Shown: in pieces, positions 29,030-38,936 of the stretch | Numbering within the stretch: the first letter of the stretch is position 1 | How the letters are laid out: every line of letters starts with the position of its first letter | From: Thermodesulfovibrionales bacterium | GTDB lineage: Bacteria; Nitrospirota; Thermodesulfovibrionia; Thermodesulfovibrionales; SM23-35 | Length of the DNA stretch: 64,000 nucleotides | Direction of reading: 5' to 3' | NCBI GenBank assembly: GCA_963715195.1 | Contig: CAVQRT010000007.1 | Location: 288,001 to 352,000 of the forward strand | Translations under genes and position numbers: made by a program | The notes under the pieces: generated by a model | Seen by the model: only the letters and a program-made list of their open reading frames with translations | Database searches by the model: none | What the model was told of the DNA's origin: nothing

Positions 29030-30452
29030 TCGCCCCTCATATGATGCCGTTATTATTGGTTCAGGGATAAGCGGGCTGATATGCGGAAGCTACCTTGCAA
29101 AGGCCGGACTGAAGGTGCTCATTGCAGAGCAGCATCATCAGCCGGGGGGATACTGTACATCGTTTGTGAGAAAGGGCATCACCTTTGATGCTGCTGCACA
29201 TTCGTTTGGCGGGTACAGGGAGAACGGTATCATCCGGAAGGTTTTCAATGATTTCCGCCTGAATGACAACGTGGCCGTTACAAGGTATGACCCAACGGAC
29301 GTAGTCGTATCACCTGACTCTGAAATCTCCCTGTGGTCTGATCTCGAAAGAACGATTGCAGATCTCGGATCCTCATTTCCGGACGAACAGGATAATTTCA
29401 GGAAATTTGCGAGCTTTTTGCTGAAGCCCGATCCTCAGTCGTTTGCCGGCATGCGGCGCTGGACCTTCAAAGACCTGCTCGACCACTATTTTCGGAACGA
29501 TAAACTCAAATCCATGCTCTCTTTCCCGATTTTCGGAAATGGTGCCCTCCCCCCTGCTCGCATGTCTGCTTTCATCGGTGCCAAGATATTCACTGAATTT
29601 ATTCTCGATGGCGGATATTACCCTGAAGGCGGAATGCAGAGGCTTTCAAATGCCCTCGCAGAGAGTTTTCAGCATTTCGGCGGGGAATTGTTATTGTCCT
29701 GTCCTGTCAGCAAAATTATCATAAAAAATGGTGGGGCAGCCGGTATAGTCATCGGAGGCAAGATGCCCGTCAGTGCAGGGTCGGTTGTCTCGAATTGCGA
29801 CGCAAGACAGACATTTCTCAGAATGATCGGCAAAAAACACCTTCCCCTTGAGTTCATGAACAAGCTTAATCGGATGCAGCCGTCACTCTCCATGTTCGTC
29901 CTCTATCTTGGTCTGGATCAGGAATTTGAGAACACACTGCATGCCGGTTCGAATATCTGGTATCTCTCTCATTATGATCTGGAGAAAATGTACCGGTCCG
30001 CTGCACGTCGCTCACCGTCCTCGATTGATGAGTGCATGGTGCGCATCTCTCCTGACCGAAAAAGCCTGCTGGCCTTTACAAATACCTCTTTCAGAAACAG
30101 GGCATTTTGGTCCGACAGCAAATCAAAATTTATCGATGGGTTCATAGCACGACTCTCACGCATCATGCCGGGTATTTCACAGCACATTCTTTACAAGGAC
30201 GCAGCAACCCCTTCCACTATGGACCGTTACACGTCAAATTATCGCGGAGCTGCATACGGATGGGAGAGCACCACCGCCCAGCTTGCCGATCCTGATTTCA
30301 GGAGACCTTCTTTCATTCGTCACTTATACCTGACCGGTCATTGGTCGACACAAGGTCTCGGCATTCCGGGTGTTGCATATCTTGGATATGATACCGCGAC
30401 ATCAGTTCTTAAAAGAAGAAAAGCCTCTCTTTCACAATCTTCTCCTGAATAA
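29016..30452 (+). CDS. Phytoene desaturase (CrtI)-family FAD oxidoreductase
   Basis: YDAVIIGSGISGL..EQHHQPGGY, YYPEGGMQ, ATPSTMDRYT..GAAYG, LYLTGHW. Confidence 0.9.
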   Translation: MSGTDRPSYDAVIIGSGISGLICGSYLAKAGLKVLIAEQHHQPGGYCTSFVRKGITFDAAAHSFGGYRENGIIRKVFNDFRLNDNVAVTRYDPTDVVVSPDSEISLWSDLERTIADLGSSFPDEQDNFRKFASFLLKPDPQSFAGMRRWTFKDLLDHYFRNDKLKSMLSFPIFGNGALPPARMSAFIGAKIFTEFILDGGYYPEGGMQRLSNALAESFQHFGGELLLSCPVSKIIIKNGGAAGIVIGGKMPVSAGSVVSNCDARQTFLRMIGKKHLPLEFMNKLNRMQPSLSMFVLYLGLDQEFENTLHAGSNIWYLSHYDLEKMYRSAARRSPSSIDECMVRISPDRKSLLAFTNTSFRNRAFWSDSKSKFIDGFIARLSRIMPGISQHILYKDAATPSTMDRYTSNYRGAAYGWESTTAQLADPDFRRPSFIRHLYLTGHWSTQGLGIPGVAYLGYDTATSVLKRRKASLSQSSPE

Positions 30453-31595
30453 GGCAAAAAACTGCTCCTTCACCCGCTCCAACAGGGGACGATTACTCCA
30501 TGCTTCAAAGTTTATCTGCACTGAGTGCTTTAAATCTTCTTTAAATATTTCTATCATCTGCCTCCCGAATTCCTGATCGAAAATACCTACATTCCCCTCG
30601 TCGTTTTTTCTGAGAGACTGGAAATCCAGATTTGCCGATCCGATGACACTCCAGACGCCGTCAAATACTGCTGTTTTTGCGTGGAGAATCTCTCCCTGAT
30701 ACGTATACACTTCAACCCCTGCTTGCAAGAGCTTCGTAAAAAATGCCCTCCCAACATAATGGGCTGCTGCAACATCCGACTTGCCTGGGAGAAGCAGTTT
30801 GACATCAACGCCCCGGGATTCAGCTTCCTCGAGCACATGGAGCATCCTCCTGCTTGGCGCAAAGTATGCCGTTGTCAGGTAGATACATGTTCGTGCCTGA
30901 TGAATACTGTAATAGAGCAGTTTCCTCATCTTACGGCGACTTTTTGCAGAATTTACAAATATCGGAAGTACCGGTAACCCAGCTTCAACTGGTTCTGTTG
31001 GTTTATCAAAACTGATTGACGGACCCTTCCATACGTTCCAGCTCTTTTTGAATATTTCGAGAAGAGTTTTTGCTATGGGACCTTCAAGAAATATCCCGGT
31101 ATCGCGCCACCCTTTTCCGTGTCTAAACCTGCGGTATCCCCTGTACTCATTTGCGATATTCAGCCCACCGGTAAAGGCCAAAACACCGTCAATGATTATG
31201 AGTTTTTTGTGATCTCTGTGTACATAGTGAAAAGGGTCCATCCACTTGAACGGATGAGAAGCCCTTATCTGCACCCCTACATGCCTCAGCTCTCTCCAGA
31301 ATTCTTTAGGGGTTCCGAAAGACCCAAAATGATCGTAGAGGATATAGACCTTTACTCCCTTATTGGCTTTTCTTTTCAGTATTGCTGCGAGTTCTTTACC
31401 GGTTTCATCATTCCTGAAGATATAAAATTCGAGGCATATCAACTCCTTCGATTTTTCTATAGCATCAAATATTTTTCGGAATGAATCCTTTCCTTTCCAC
31501 AAAAGGGTTACCCTGTTTCCGTCGGTAAATGGGATGCCGTATTCTTGTGCTATATTGTCAGTACTGAATGCGGGATTGTTCTGTTCAAAGTCCAT
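30432..31595 (-). CDS. Cardiolipin synthase (ClsB-like phospholipase D)
   Basis: Two HKD motifs: HKKLIIID and HAKTAVFD; GSANLD. Confidence 0.93.
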   Translation of the reverse strand: MDFEQNNPAFSTDNIAQEYGIPFTDGNRVTLLWKGKDSFRKIFDAIEKSKELICLEFYIFRNDETGKELAAILKRKANKGVKVYILYDHFGSFGTPKEFWRELRHVGVQIRASHPFKWMDPFHYVHRDHKKLIIIDGVLAFTGGLNIANEYRGYRRFRHGKGWRDTGIFLEGPIAKTLLEIFKKSWNVWKGPSISFDKPTEPVEAGLPVLPIFVNSAKSRRKMRKLLYYSIHQARTCIYLTTAYFAPSRRMLHVLEEAESRGVDVKLLLPGKSDVAAAHYVGRAFFTKLLQAGVEVYTYQGEILHAKTAVFDGVWSVIGSANLDFQSLRKNDEGNVGIFDQEFGRQMIEIFKEDLKHSVQINFEAWSNRPLLERVKEQFFALFRRRL

Positions 31596-31701
31596 ATTAC
31601 ATCATTGCGGAAAAAGGACTTTCTGTCAATCGACATACTCTTTCAGATCGTGTATATTTTCCTTTCAAATCAGCTATAATGAGTATGTTTGTTATAACAT
31701 A

Positions 31702-33156
31702 ATGAATATTTATATAAAGGAACGTAAAGAAGCAGATTATGTCTGTGACGCACTGATACTGCCCTTTACAGAGGATGACACTGAACCCTATAGCGGTCTC
31801 CACCCCTCATTATCAAAACTGATCAAACGGGTATTCGCGAAAGAATTTCACGGCAAACAGACCGAATGCCTTCTTGTGCCTGCTCCTGAGGATTTGAAAC
31901 CCAGGAGAATTCTCCTTATCGGGCTCGGGAAAAAAGAGGGTGTTACGACTGAAAAGGTGAGACAGGCCGGTGGAAAGTCAGGCATCTTGCTGCGCGATGC
32001 AGGAATGAAGAAGATCGCTCTTTCCACCAGGATCCTGTTATCTCATACAGTATCCCCTTCCGATTTTATCGAAGGATGCCTCCTCGGAATTTACAGATTT
32101 CAAAAATATTTTCGTGAAAAAAAGAACACCGCAATCGAGTCGATAACAATACTTTCAAAATCCTCGAGGGAACTGCAGGATGTTCTGCATTGGACTGAAT
32201 CCCTCACGTCCTCTGTCAATTTTGCGAGAGATCTCATCAATACCCCCGCAAACGATATGACACCGACACATCTTGCAGATACGGCACTTTCTCTCGAGAG
32301 AAAACATCTTTCGATAAAAATTCTCGAACACAAGAATGCTAAGAAACTGGGTATGGGGGCCTATCTTTCTGTAGCACAAGGATCACATCAGCCGCCAAAA
32401 TTCATTATCCTCGACTACAAGGGCTCAAAAAGCAAGCCCATTGTTCTTATCGGTAAATCAATCACTTTTGACAGCGGAGGCATATCATTAAAACCAGCGA
32501 ACGGAATGGAAAAAATGAAATACGATATGGCAGGCGGCGCGGCTGTCCTGGGAGTTTTGAAAGCCATTTCTGCATCGCGGATGCCTGTTCATGTCATAGG
32601 AATTTTGCCTGGAACTGAGAATCTCCCTGGCGGTTCTGCCGCGAGACCGGGTGATGTTGTCAGGGCGGTAAATGGCAAAACTGTCGAAATAATCAGTACT
32701 GATGCGGAAGGACGCATGACGCTGGCCGATGCGATCGGGTATGCAATACTGCGTTACAGACCGCGGGCGATCATCGACATAGCGACGCTCACCGGGGCAT
32801 GTGCAATAGCCTTCGGCAATTGTGCAATCGCCATGATGGGAAACGACAGGGCACTTCTCGATGCAATGAAAAAGGCCGGTGAGAGTACCCATGAAAGAGT
32901 CTGGGAAATGCCCCTTCTTGAAGAATGCAAGGATTATCTGAAAAGTGATGTTGCTGACTTGAAAAATACGGGCGGAAAAGGCGGTTCACTCTTATCATCC
33001 GCGTATTTCCTCTCTGAATTTGCGGAAAAGATCCCTTGGGTTCACCTGGACATCGCTGGAACCGCATGGGGAGAAAAAGAACGGCCCTATATTCCTAAGG
33101 GCGCTTCAGGAGTGGGAGTCAGGCTCCTCGCAACCCTTATAAAGGAGTGGCAATGA
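31702..33156 (+). CDS. pepA: Leucyl aminopeptidase (M17)
   Basis: GKSITFDSGG, MKYDMAG, STDAEGR, DIATLTGA, WVHLDIAG; start moved to ATG 31702 to avoid overlap with cls. Confidence 0.95.
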   Translation: MNIYIKERKEADYVCDALILPFTEDDTEPYSGLHPSLSKLIKRVFAKEFHGKQTECLLVPAPEDLKPRRILLIGLGKKEGVTTEKVRQAGGKSGILLRDAGMKKIALSTRILLSHTVSPSDFIEGCLLGIYRFQKYFREKKNTAIESITILSKSSRELQDVLHWTESLTSSVNFARDLINTPANDMTPTHLADTALSLERKHLSIKILEHKNAKKLGMGAYLSVAQGSHQPPKFIILDYKGSKSKPIVLIGKSITFDSGGISLKPANGMEKMKYDMAGGAAVLGVLKAISASRMPVHVIGILPGTENLPGGSAARPGDVVRAVNGKTVEIISTDAEGRMTLADAIGYAILRYRPRAIIDIATLTGACAIAFGNCAIAMMGNDRALLDAMKKAGESTHERVWEMPLLEECKDYLKSDVADLKNTGGKGGSLLSSAYFLSEFAEKIPWVHLDIAGTAWGEKERPYIPKGASGVGVRLLATLIKEWQ

Positions 33157-33989
33157 TACTTTTTAAGCTCATATGCATCATCTCTTTTTTGATGATTCCA
33201 ACCCTCGCTTTTGCCTGGGGTCCATTGACGCATACGTACCTCGGCAATGAGTTATTGTCACTCGGGGCATTGCTCCCTGCAGGGGTTTATAAGATTATCA
33301 GGCGCCACAGGAAGGATTTTATCTACGGAAATCTGATGGCTGATATTATTGTGGGGAAGAAATATCTCCCCGATCACAAAAACTCACACAGCTGGGGATT
33401 TGCCTTTAATCTCCTGAGTGTGGCGGAGACGAAGCAACAGAAAGCATTCGTCTACGGATATATGTGCCATCTCGCAGCAGATACAGTGGCGCACAATATC
33501 TATACCGTAAACAAAAAGAGTTTGCGGCACACCTTACTCGAAATGAAGGCTGACTGCATTATTGATAAAAAATACTGGCAGCAGGCAGTTTTTATCGATC
33601 CCGAAATACAGATGAGAAATGATATCTTTCTGCAGAATTCTATCGAACGGTTTATTTTTTCCTTCAAAACAAATAAGAGAATATTGAAGGGTGTGGTATA
33701 TCTAACTATCTGCTATCCGCCGCATATAGGTGATTTTATAGACAGGAATCTCGTGACATACATGCCCGACCGTGAAAAGATCGAAAAACTTCACCACGAA
33801 TCACTTGACAGAATTGTGGATCTCTTTCAGCACTGGGAAAAGGCTGAAGCCTTAAAACTCAACCCAAGCGGGCACATGCACAGGAGAAAAATAATCAACG
33901 GGCAGTTCAAATCTTTTCTCTTCAGACCGATTACGATAAGGCCTGCTGACTTTTTGCGTAAAACGACAAAACGCCTCAGGGACATGTAA
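33153..33989 (+). CDS. Zinc-dependent phospholipase C family protein
   Basis: Signal peptide then WGPLTH; GYMCHLAADTVAHN; HTLLE. Confidence 0.85.
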   Translation: MILFKLICIISFLMIPTLAFAWGPLTHTYLGNELLSLGALLPAGVYKIIRRHRKDFIYGNLMADIIVGKKYLPDHKNSHSWGFAFNLLSVAETKQQKAFVYGYMCHLAADTVAHNIYTVNKKSLRHTLLEMKADCIIDKKYWQQAVFIDPEIQMRNDIFLQNSIERFIFSFKTNKRILKGVVYLTICYPPHIGDFIDRNLVTYMPDREKIEKLHHESLDRIVDLFQHWEKAEALKLNPSGHMHRRKIINGQFKSFLFRPITIRPADFLRKTTKRLRDM

Positions 33990-35160
33990 CATTTTCTCCA
34001 AGCCTGTCCCTTCCAAACGGTGAGAGCTGTCTGAGATTTAGAATTATCCCCGGCATAATTTCTATCACCCGATCGATCTCGGCTTCAGTATTATAGCGGC
34101 TCAGCGAGAACCGGATTGATCCGTGGATTGCAGTGAAAGGCACACCCATTGCACGGAGAACATGGGAGGGTTCGAGCGACCCCGATGTACACGCCGATCC
34201 GGATGAAGCACAGATACCATATTCATTGAGTCTCAGCAATATCGCCTCTCCCTCAACATATTCGAAACTCAGGTTTGTCGTATTCGGCAATCTGCTGGTA
34301 ACGTCACCATTAATTCTCACGTCGGGGCATTTCTGAATAAGTGCTTTCTCAAGTTTGTCCCGCAGATAAGAAAGCTGCCGAGACTCCTCTGATAGATTTT
34401 TTGCAGCGATCTCACATGCCTTCCCAAGTCCAATGATTGAAGCGACATTTTCAGTCCCTGCCCTTCTCCCCCTCTCCTGATGACCTCCGATGAGATAAGG
34501 AGAAAATCTCGTCCCTTTCCGGACATAGAGGATACCTATTCCTTTCGGAGCGTGCAGCTTGTGGCCGGAGAGGGATAGCATATCGACCGGGAGATTATTC
34601 ACGTTAATGGGTATCTTGCCTGCAACCTGGACTGCATCAGTATGAAACAACACCCGGCGCTCTTTGAGTACGCTGCCGATTTCCGAAATAGGGAATATGT
34701 TACCTATTTCATTGTTCGCATACATGATGGTTACGAGCACGGTATCTTCATCAATCACCTTATAGAGCTCATCAGTGTTTACCTGTCCTTGATGGTTTAC
34801 CGTCAAGAAGGTTATCCGATATCCTTTTCGTGCAAGATGCCTGCAAAAGCTTAATACGGCTGGATGTTCCACTCTTGTCGTGATGATGTGTTTTTTCTGC
34901 GGAAATGATTCTGCTACACTCATGATTGCGGTATTGTCGCTCTCTGTTCCGCAACTTGTGAAGATGATCTCCTCCGGTTCGGCCCCGATGAGCCGGGCAA
35001 CCTTTTCACGTGATTCCTCAATTTTCCTGTGAAGCTGCCCGCCGAAAGTGTGCATGCTGGACGGATTACCGTAATATTCCCTGAGATAGGGGAGCATCTC
35101 TTCAATGACCTCTGGCGCTATCTGCGTCGTTGCATTATTATCAAGGTAAATAGGATTCAT
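33976..35160 (-). CDS. nifS: Cysteine desulfurase NifS/IscS
   Basis: IYLDNNATT, HTDAVQ, SGHKLHAPKG, SSGSACTS. Confidence 0.96.
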   Translation of the reverse strand: MNPIYLDNNATTQIAPEVIEEMLPYLREYYGNPSSMHTFGGQLHRKIEESREKVARLIGAEPEEIIFTSCGTESDNTAIMSVAESFPQKKHIITTRVEHPAVLSFCRHLARKGYRITFLTVNHQGQVNTDELYKVIDEDTVLVTIMYANNEIGNIFPISEIGSVLKERRVLFHTDAVQVAGKIPINVNNLPVDMLSLSGHKLHAPKGIGILYVRKGTRFSPYLIGGHQERGRRAGTENVASIIGLGKACEIAAKNLSEESRQLSYLRDKLEKALIQKCPDVRINGDVTSRLPNTTNLSFEYVEGEAILLRLNEYGICASSGSACTSGSLEPSHVLRAMGVPFTAIHGSIRFSLSRYNTEAEIDRVIEIMPGIILNLRQLSPFGRDRLGENVTCP

Positions 35161-35987
35161 TGAGCCTCAACGATAATATCATCACTTACCAGTTCTCTCA
35201 GTTTTTCCTGGATACCATTGATGGTGACTCCCGCCATGACGCAGCCGGTGCACATGCCCCGGAGGGCAATCATCACCTTATTGCCGTCAATGTCTATAAT
35301 TTCCAGATCACCGCCGTCTGCCTGCAGACCGGGCCTGATCTCCCGCTCTATAATTTCCTGAATGAGAGCGATTTTCTGGAGGTTTGTCAGCTTTTTCGGT
35401 TTCTCCGGTTTCTCCTGCGCATTCAGAGACCATATATCTCTCAAGAGTGCTTCTATATCATCGCTGCATTCACCGCACCCTCCCCCCGCTTTGGTGTAAT
35501 CTGTTATCTCCTCAACGGTTGTAAGGTGATTTTCGATCGCGACTTTCCTGATCTTTTCCTCAGTGACGTTGAAGCACTTGCAGACAACCTTGCCCTCTTC
35601 CTCAACAGGAACCGGTGTACCACGGTAATTTGCGATAGCTGCTTCAAGGGCTTCTCTTCCCATCACAGAGCAATGCATCTTTTCCTTGGGAAGACCACCG
35701 AGGAAATCCGCGATATCCTGATTTGAAATCCGCAGCGCCTCATCAACGGTTTTCCCTTTTATCAGTTCAGTGAGGGCCGATGAGCTTGCAATAGCACTCG
35801 CACAGCCAAATGTCTGGAACTTCGCATCGGCGATCTTGTTCGTCTCCTTGTCTATTTTCAGGGTCAGCCGTAATGCATCACCACAGACGATACTGCCTAC
35901 GTCTCCGACGCCATCAGGGTTCTCGATCTCGCCGATATTTTTTGGCTGGAGAAAGAATTCCTTTACTTTCGCAGTGTAATCCCACAT
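35157..35987 (-). CDS. nifU: Three-domain Fe-S scaffold NifU
   Basis: IscU domain (CGD, FGCASA, KMHCS), BFD-like CKC...CGEC, Nfu domain DGGD...CTGC. Confidence 0.96.
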   Translation of the reverse strand: MWDYTAKVKEFFLQPKNIGEIENPDGVGDVGSIVCGDALRLTLKIDKETNKIADAKFQTFGCASAIASSSALTELIKGKTVDEALRISNQDIADFLGGLPKEKMHCSVMGREALEAAIANYRGTPVPVEEEGKVVCKCFNVTEEKIRKVAIENHLTTVEEITDYTKAGGGCGECSDDIEALLRDIWSLNAQEKPEKPKKLTNLQKIALIQEIIEREIRPGLQADGGDLEIIDIDGNKVMIALRGMCTGCVMAGVTINGIQEKLRELVSDDIIVEAQ

Positions 35988-36186
35988 GGTTAATTTAATC
36001 AGATGGGTGAAGGAAATGTCAATTTATTACTGTAAATTAAGGGCTTAGCATAGCATGAGCATGAAGAACGCAATGAGTGGAATATCAGTGCATATCTGCT
36101 ATAATGAGAGGGCATGTTTGGGAAACGGTTATTCTTCGTAGTTCATGCTCTCAGAGAAATCTATCAGAGAAAAGGAGGAGATCAAA

Positions 36187-36471
36187 ATGGCTTACTATGT
36201 TGTTCTCAGTACACTCACTGATGAAGGAAGGAAAACGATCAAGGAGAATCCCAAAAGAATCCTGGAAGTAAATCATGAACTTGAGAAAATGGGGATCACA
36301 GTGAAGGAGCAGTATGCAGTTCTTGGACCCTACGACTTTGTGAACATCGTTGAGGCGGCTGATAACACTGCGATCATGAAAATGTCCGTTGATCTTGGTG
36401 CACGGGGGTCAGTCCAGCTTCTCACGCTCGCCGCACTCCCTATTGAGGATTTTATCAAAAAGGTTAAGTAG
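36187..36471 (+). CDS. GYD-domain protein
   Basis: YAVLGPYDFVNIVEA; SD AGGAGG before ATG 36187. Confidence 0.88.
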   Translation: MAYYVVLSTLTDEGRKTIKENPKRILEVNHELEKMGITVKEQYAVLGPYDFVNIVEAADNTAIMKMSVDLGARGSVQLLTLAALPIEDFIKKVK

Positions 36472-36552
36472 GGCATTTTCCGTTCAGGGCTGTTGAGAAC
36501 ATCCCCCTTGACTTCCTACCGGAGGCAAGGGGGATGGAAAAGGTATGACAGG

Positions 36553-36840
36553 ATGAATACATGTGCATTATGTGGCAAGCAGATTTATACAGATAAGTAC
36601 TTTTCGCGGAAATCTTCATGCCCCAAATGTGGCGGCGACCTCCATATCTGTATGAATTGCAAGTTCTATTCCGAGAAAAGCCATAACAAATGCCTTGAGC
36701 CAAAAGCGGAATTTCAGCGCGTACGCGACAAAGCCAACTTCTGCGACTTCTTTGCCTTCAGGGAATCCTCTGCAGCCTCATCCGGTAAGGAAAAAGAGGA
36801 TGCCTTGAACGCGTTCGAGAATTTATTTAAAAAATCCTGA
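36553..36840 (+). CDS. Small Cys-rich (Zn-ribbon-like) hypothetical protein
   Basis: CALC, CPKC, CMNCKFY, ANFCDFF. Confidence 0.75.
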   Translation: MNTCALCGKQIYTDKYFSRKSSCPKCGGDLHICMNCKFYSEKSHNKCLEPKAEFQRVRDKANFCDFFAFRESSAASSGKEKEDALNAFENLFKKS

Positions 36841-36861
36841 AGTTCGAGTATTTGTGGTGCC

Positions 36862-37326
36862 TCAAGAATTTTTTTTCCTGGCGAGAATACGGATTCCCTC
36901 ACCAGCTATAACCAACAAAACACCGGCAACAAAAATATACCGGTTAGATACAGCAATTTTCCTCTGTATGGTCATAACCTGCTTTTTCTCGAATTTTAGA
37001 TTGAACAGAACACGCGGCATTCGGTCTTTGTATCGCGCATTGTAAAATCTTTCGACGATCTGGTCTTCCGGAAGGGATTTCAGTTCCCGGTGATCCCTTC
37101 TATATTCAATGAATTCCGCGTACAATTGTTCGTCTCTATCCGGCACAACTTTGACCGTGCCTTCCCGAAAAACGATTTCTCCTGTCCAGATAACTCTGAC
37201 AAGACACCAAAGAAGACTGCCGTGATCACCGTACGCCGAAGACAAGGGGACACTGGCAAGCGGGACTAGAATGCCGGTAATGATGAGAATTACACCGATC
37301 GTCTTCTTTTGCCTATTGTTGAACAC
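36862..37326 (-). CDS. Hypothetical membrane protein
   Basis: Hydrophobic N- and C-terminal helices; TATAAT 5 nt upstream of GTG. Confidence 0.65.
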   Translation of the reverse strand: MFNNRQKKTIGVILIITGILVPLASVPLSSAYGDHGSLLWCLVRVIWTGEIVFREGTVKVVPDRDEQLYAEFIEYRRDHRELKSLPEDQIVERFYNARYKDRMPRVLFNLKFEKKQVMTIQRKIAVSNRYIFVAGVLLVIAGEGIRILARKKNS

Positions 37327-37340
37327 TGAGCATTATAGCC

Positions 37341-37368
37341 AAAAAAAGGGCGAGGTAAACCCTCGCCC
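37341..37368 (-). terminator. Rho-independent terminator of cytochrome gene
   Basis: GGGCGAGG-gttta-CCTCGCCC followed by T7 on minus strand. Confidence 0.9.
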
Positions 37369-37393
37369 AATGTTTTTTAGTAAATCTTGACCG

Positions 37394-38674
37394 CTATTTG
37401 GTATGAGTTGCCCTCATCGTTGCAGCCAGTTCCCTGATCTCACCGAGATCCTTCACCATCATCGCCCACCCATACCAATAGGCATAATCAGGGTTTACAT
37501 GGAATAAGGCCTGATATGCCCTCATCCGGTGTTTCATATACATCTGAAACAATACCTGGTCGATAAAGGAAAGTTTTTTCATATCGCCGCCTCCGGTCTG
37601 CATGAAATACAGGAAATCAGGATACGCGAAGGCGTAATTGTCAGGCTTTTTGATAATACCGTCTTTATAGAGCCCTGCAACAATTTCGATCGCCTCAGCA
37701 AGAAGACGGTCGGTCTTCATCATCATAGTGTCAGCCATATTCAATTGCTCACGGGCATAAGGCTCCGAGTGGCAAGTGCTGCATACCTTTATCATCTTTT
37801 CACGTTCGGTCTTCCATGCCTCTTCTGTAAGGCGCACCATATCGACAGCCTTCACTGCGTCAAGACGAGCAGTTGGTTGTCCTGTTTCAGGATTTAAAAC
37901 ACCCAGCGCCTTCAGAATTATGATCCTGTCCGCCTTCCATTGAGGGTCTTCAGGCAACGGAAGCCGGACACCAAGGAACCCCCAGGCCGTTCTGTTTTCA
38001 TGAGAGCCGGTGGGCATATGGCAATCCTGGCATTTCGGTGCAGTAGCCTCACCCGGAAGATTCTTAGAATCCCGTATAAACCAGCGGGTCCCGTGCTTGG
38101 CGCTGCTCCACATCTCCCATTGAGGATGATCATACCCCATATGGCACTGCTGACATGCCCGCGGGTCTGATGCCTCCTTCTTTGAAAAAGTATGCCTGGT
38201 ATGACATTCATCGCACGAATTCATTTGGTATCTGTATCCTTTATCCCGTTGTTCCTTTTTCTGTGCTTCGGTTTTTATGCCCATATTATGGCAACCACCG
38301 CAGCCTTTGCCGCCTTCCATCAGTTCATCCGGCTCGACATGGGTAATCGGGAGGGCATTCATCGAAATCCACCCAAAATTGTGTTTGCCTTTTCCAAATT
38401 CGCTAAATTGTTTTGCATGACATTGACCGCAGACCTTTTCATCAGGCATTTGGGCAAGGTTAGCATTCTGGGCGCTATTGTGATTATTCCCATGGCATGT
38501 TGAACAGGTAACGTTCACTGCACTGTGTTTGCTTATCTTCCAGTCTTTGACCTGCCCAGGTGATAACTTTTGATGACACGAAACACAGGAATTCTCTTCA
38601 GCATATGACGCGCTCATCAGTACAAATACAATGAAGAAAAAGATACAAGACAGCATTACCATACTTCTTTTCAT
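37394..38674 (-). CDS. Octaheme cytochrome c, hydroxylamine oxidoreductase (HAO) family
   Basis: Signal peptide; eight CxxCH (CVSCH, CSTCH, CGQCH, CGGCH, CDECH, CQQCH, CQDCH, CSTCH); CHTRHTFS, CHMGYDHPQWE, FHVNPDY. Confidence 0.9.
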   Translation of the reverse strand: MKRSMVMLSCIFFFIVFVLMSASYAEENSCVSCHQKLSPGQVKDWKISKHSAVNVTCSTCHGNNHNSAQNANLAQMPDEKVCGQCHAKQFSEFGKGKHNFGWISMNALPITHVEPDELMEGGKGCGGCHNMGIKTEAQKKEQRDKGYRYQMNSCDECHTRHTFSKKEASDPRACQQCHMGYDHPQWEMWSSAKHGTRWFIRDSKNLPGEATAPKCQDCHMPTGSHENRTAWGFLGVRLPLPEDPQWKADRIIILKALGVLNPETGQPTARLDAVKAVDMVRLTEEAWKTEREKMIKVCSTCHSEPYAREQLNMADTMMMKTDRLLAEAIEIVAGLYKDGIIKKPDNYAFAYPDFLYFMQTGGGDMKKLSFIDQVLFQMYMKHRMRAYQALFHVNPDYAYWYGWAMMVKDLGEIRELAATMRATHTK

Positions 38675-38812
38675 GGCTCAACTCCTTTTTTGGATCATTT
38701 GTAGTTTTTGACGCAGCACTCCGAAGTAGCTCATTATATCACAAAAGTAAATTTCGGAAATGTTTCCAGCAGGATACGTGATAAATTATCGTTCCGGCAG
38801 ATTCGATCATAA

Positions 38813-38842
38813 TTGACGTATCTCCTGCATATTCTTTACAAT
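38813..38842 (+). promoter_or_regulatory. Sigma70 promoter of tRNA-Leu
   Basis: TTGACG-18 nt-TACAAT ending 7 nt before the tRNA. Confidence 0.7.
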
Positions 38843-38849
38843 CAGGCAT

Positions 38850-38936
38850 GCCGAAGTGGCGGAATTGGTAGACGCAAGGGACTTAAAATCCCTCGTGGGC
38901 AACCGCGTACCGGTTCGAGTCCGGTCTTCGGCACCA
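38850..38936 (+). tRNA. tRNA-Leu(TAA), class II, CCA encoded
   Basis: GCCGAAG/CTTCGGC acceptor stem, GGTAGAC D-loop, AGGGA-CTTAAAA-TCCCT anticodon arm, long variable arm, GGTTCGAGTCC. Confidence 0.97.

Noticed and set aside
24530..30452. Calling the cluster ladderane, aryl polyene or carotenoid biosynthesis
   Set aside because: No linked radical SAM, aryl-loading ligase, ketoreductase or phytoene synthase; only the gene composition is partly similar
31534..31701. N-terminal extension of pepA as given in the ORF track
   Set aside because: Overlaps the divergent cls start and its promoter region; M17-like sequence begins at ATG 31702
33976..35987. nifU-nifS as evidence of nitrogen fixation
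   Set aside because: No nifHDK nearby; NifUS is the general Fe-S assembly system in many anaerobes
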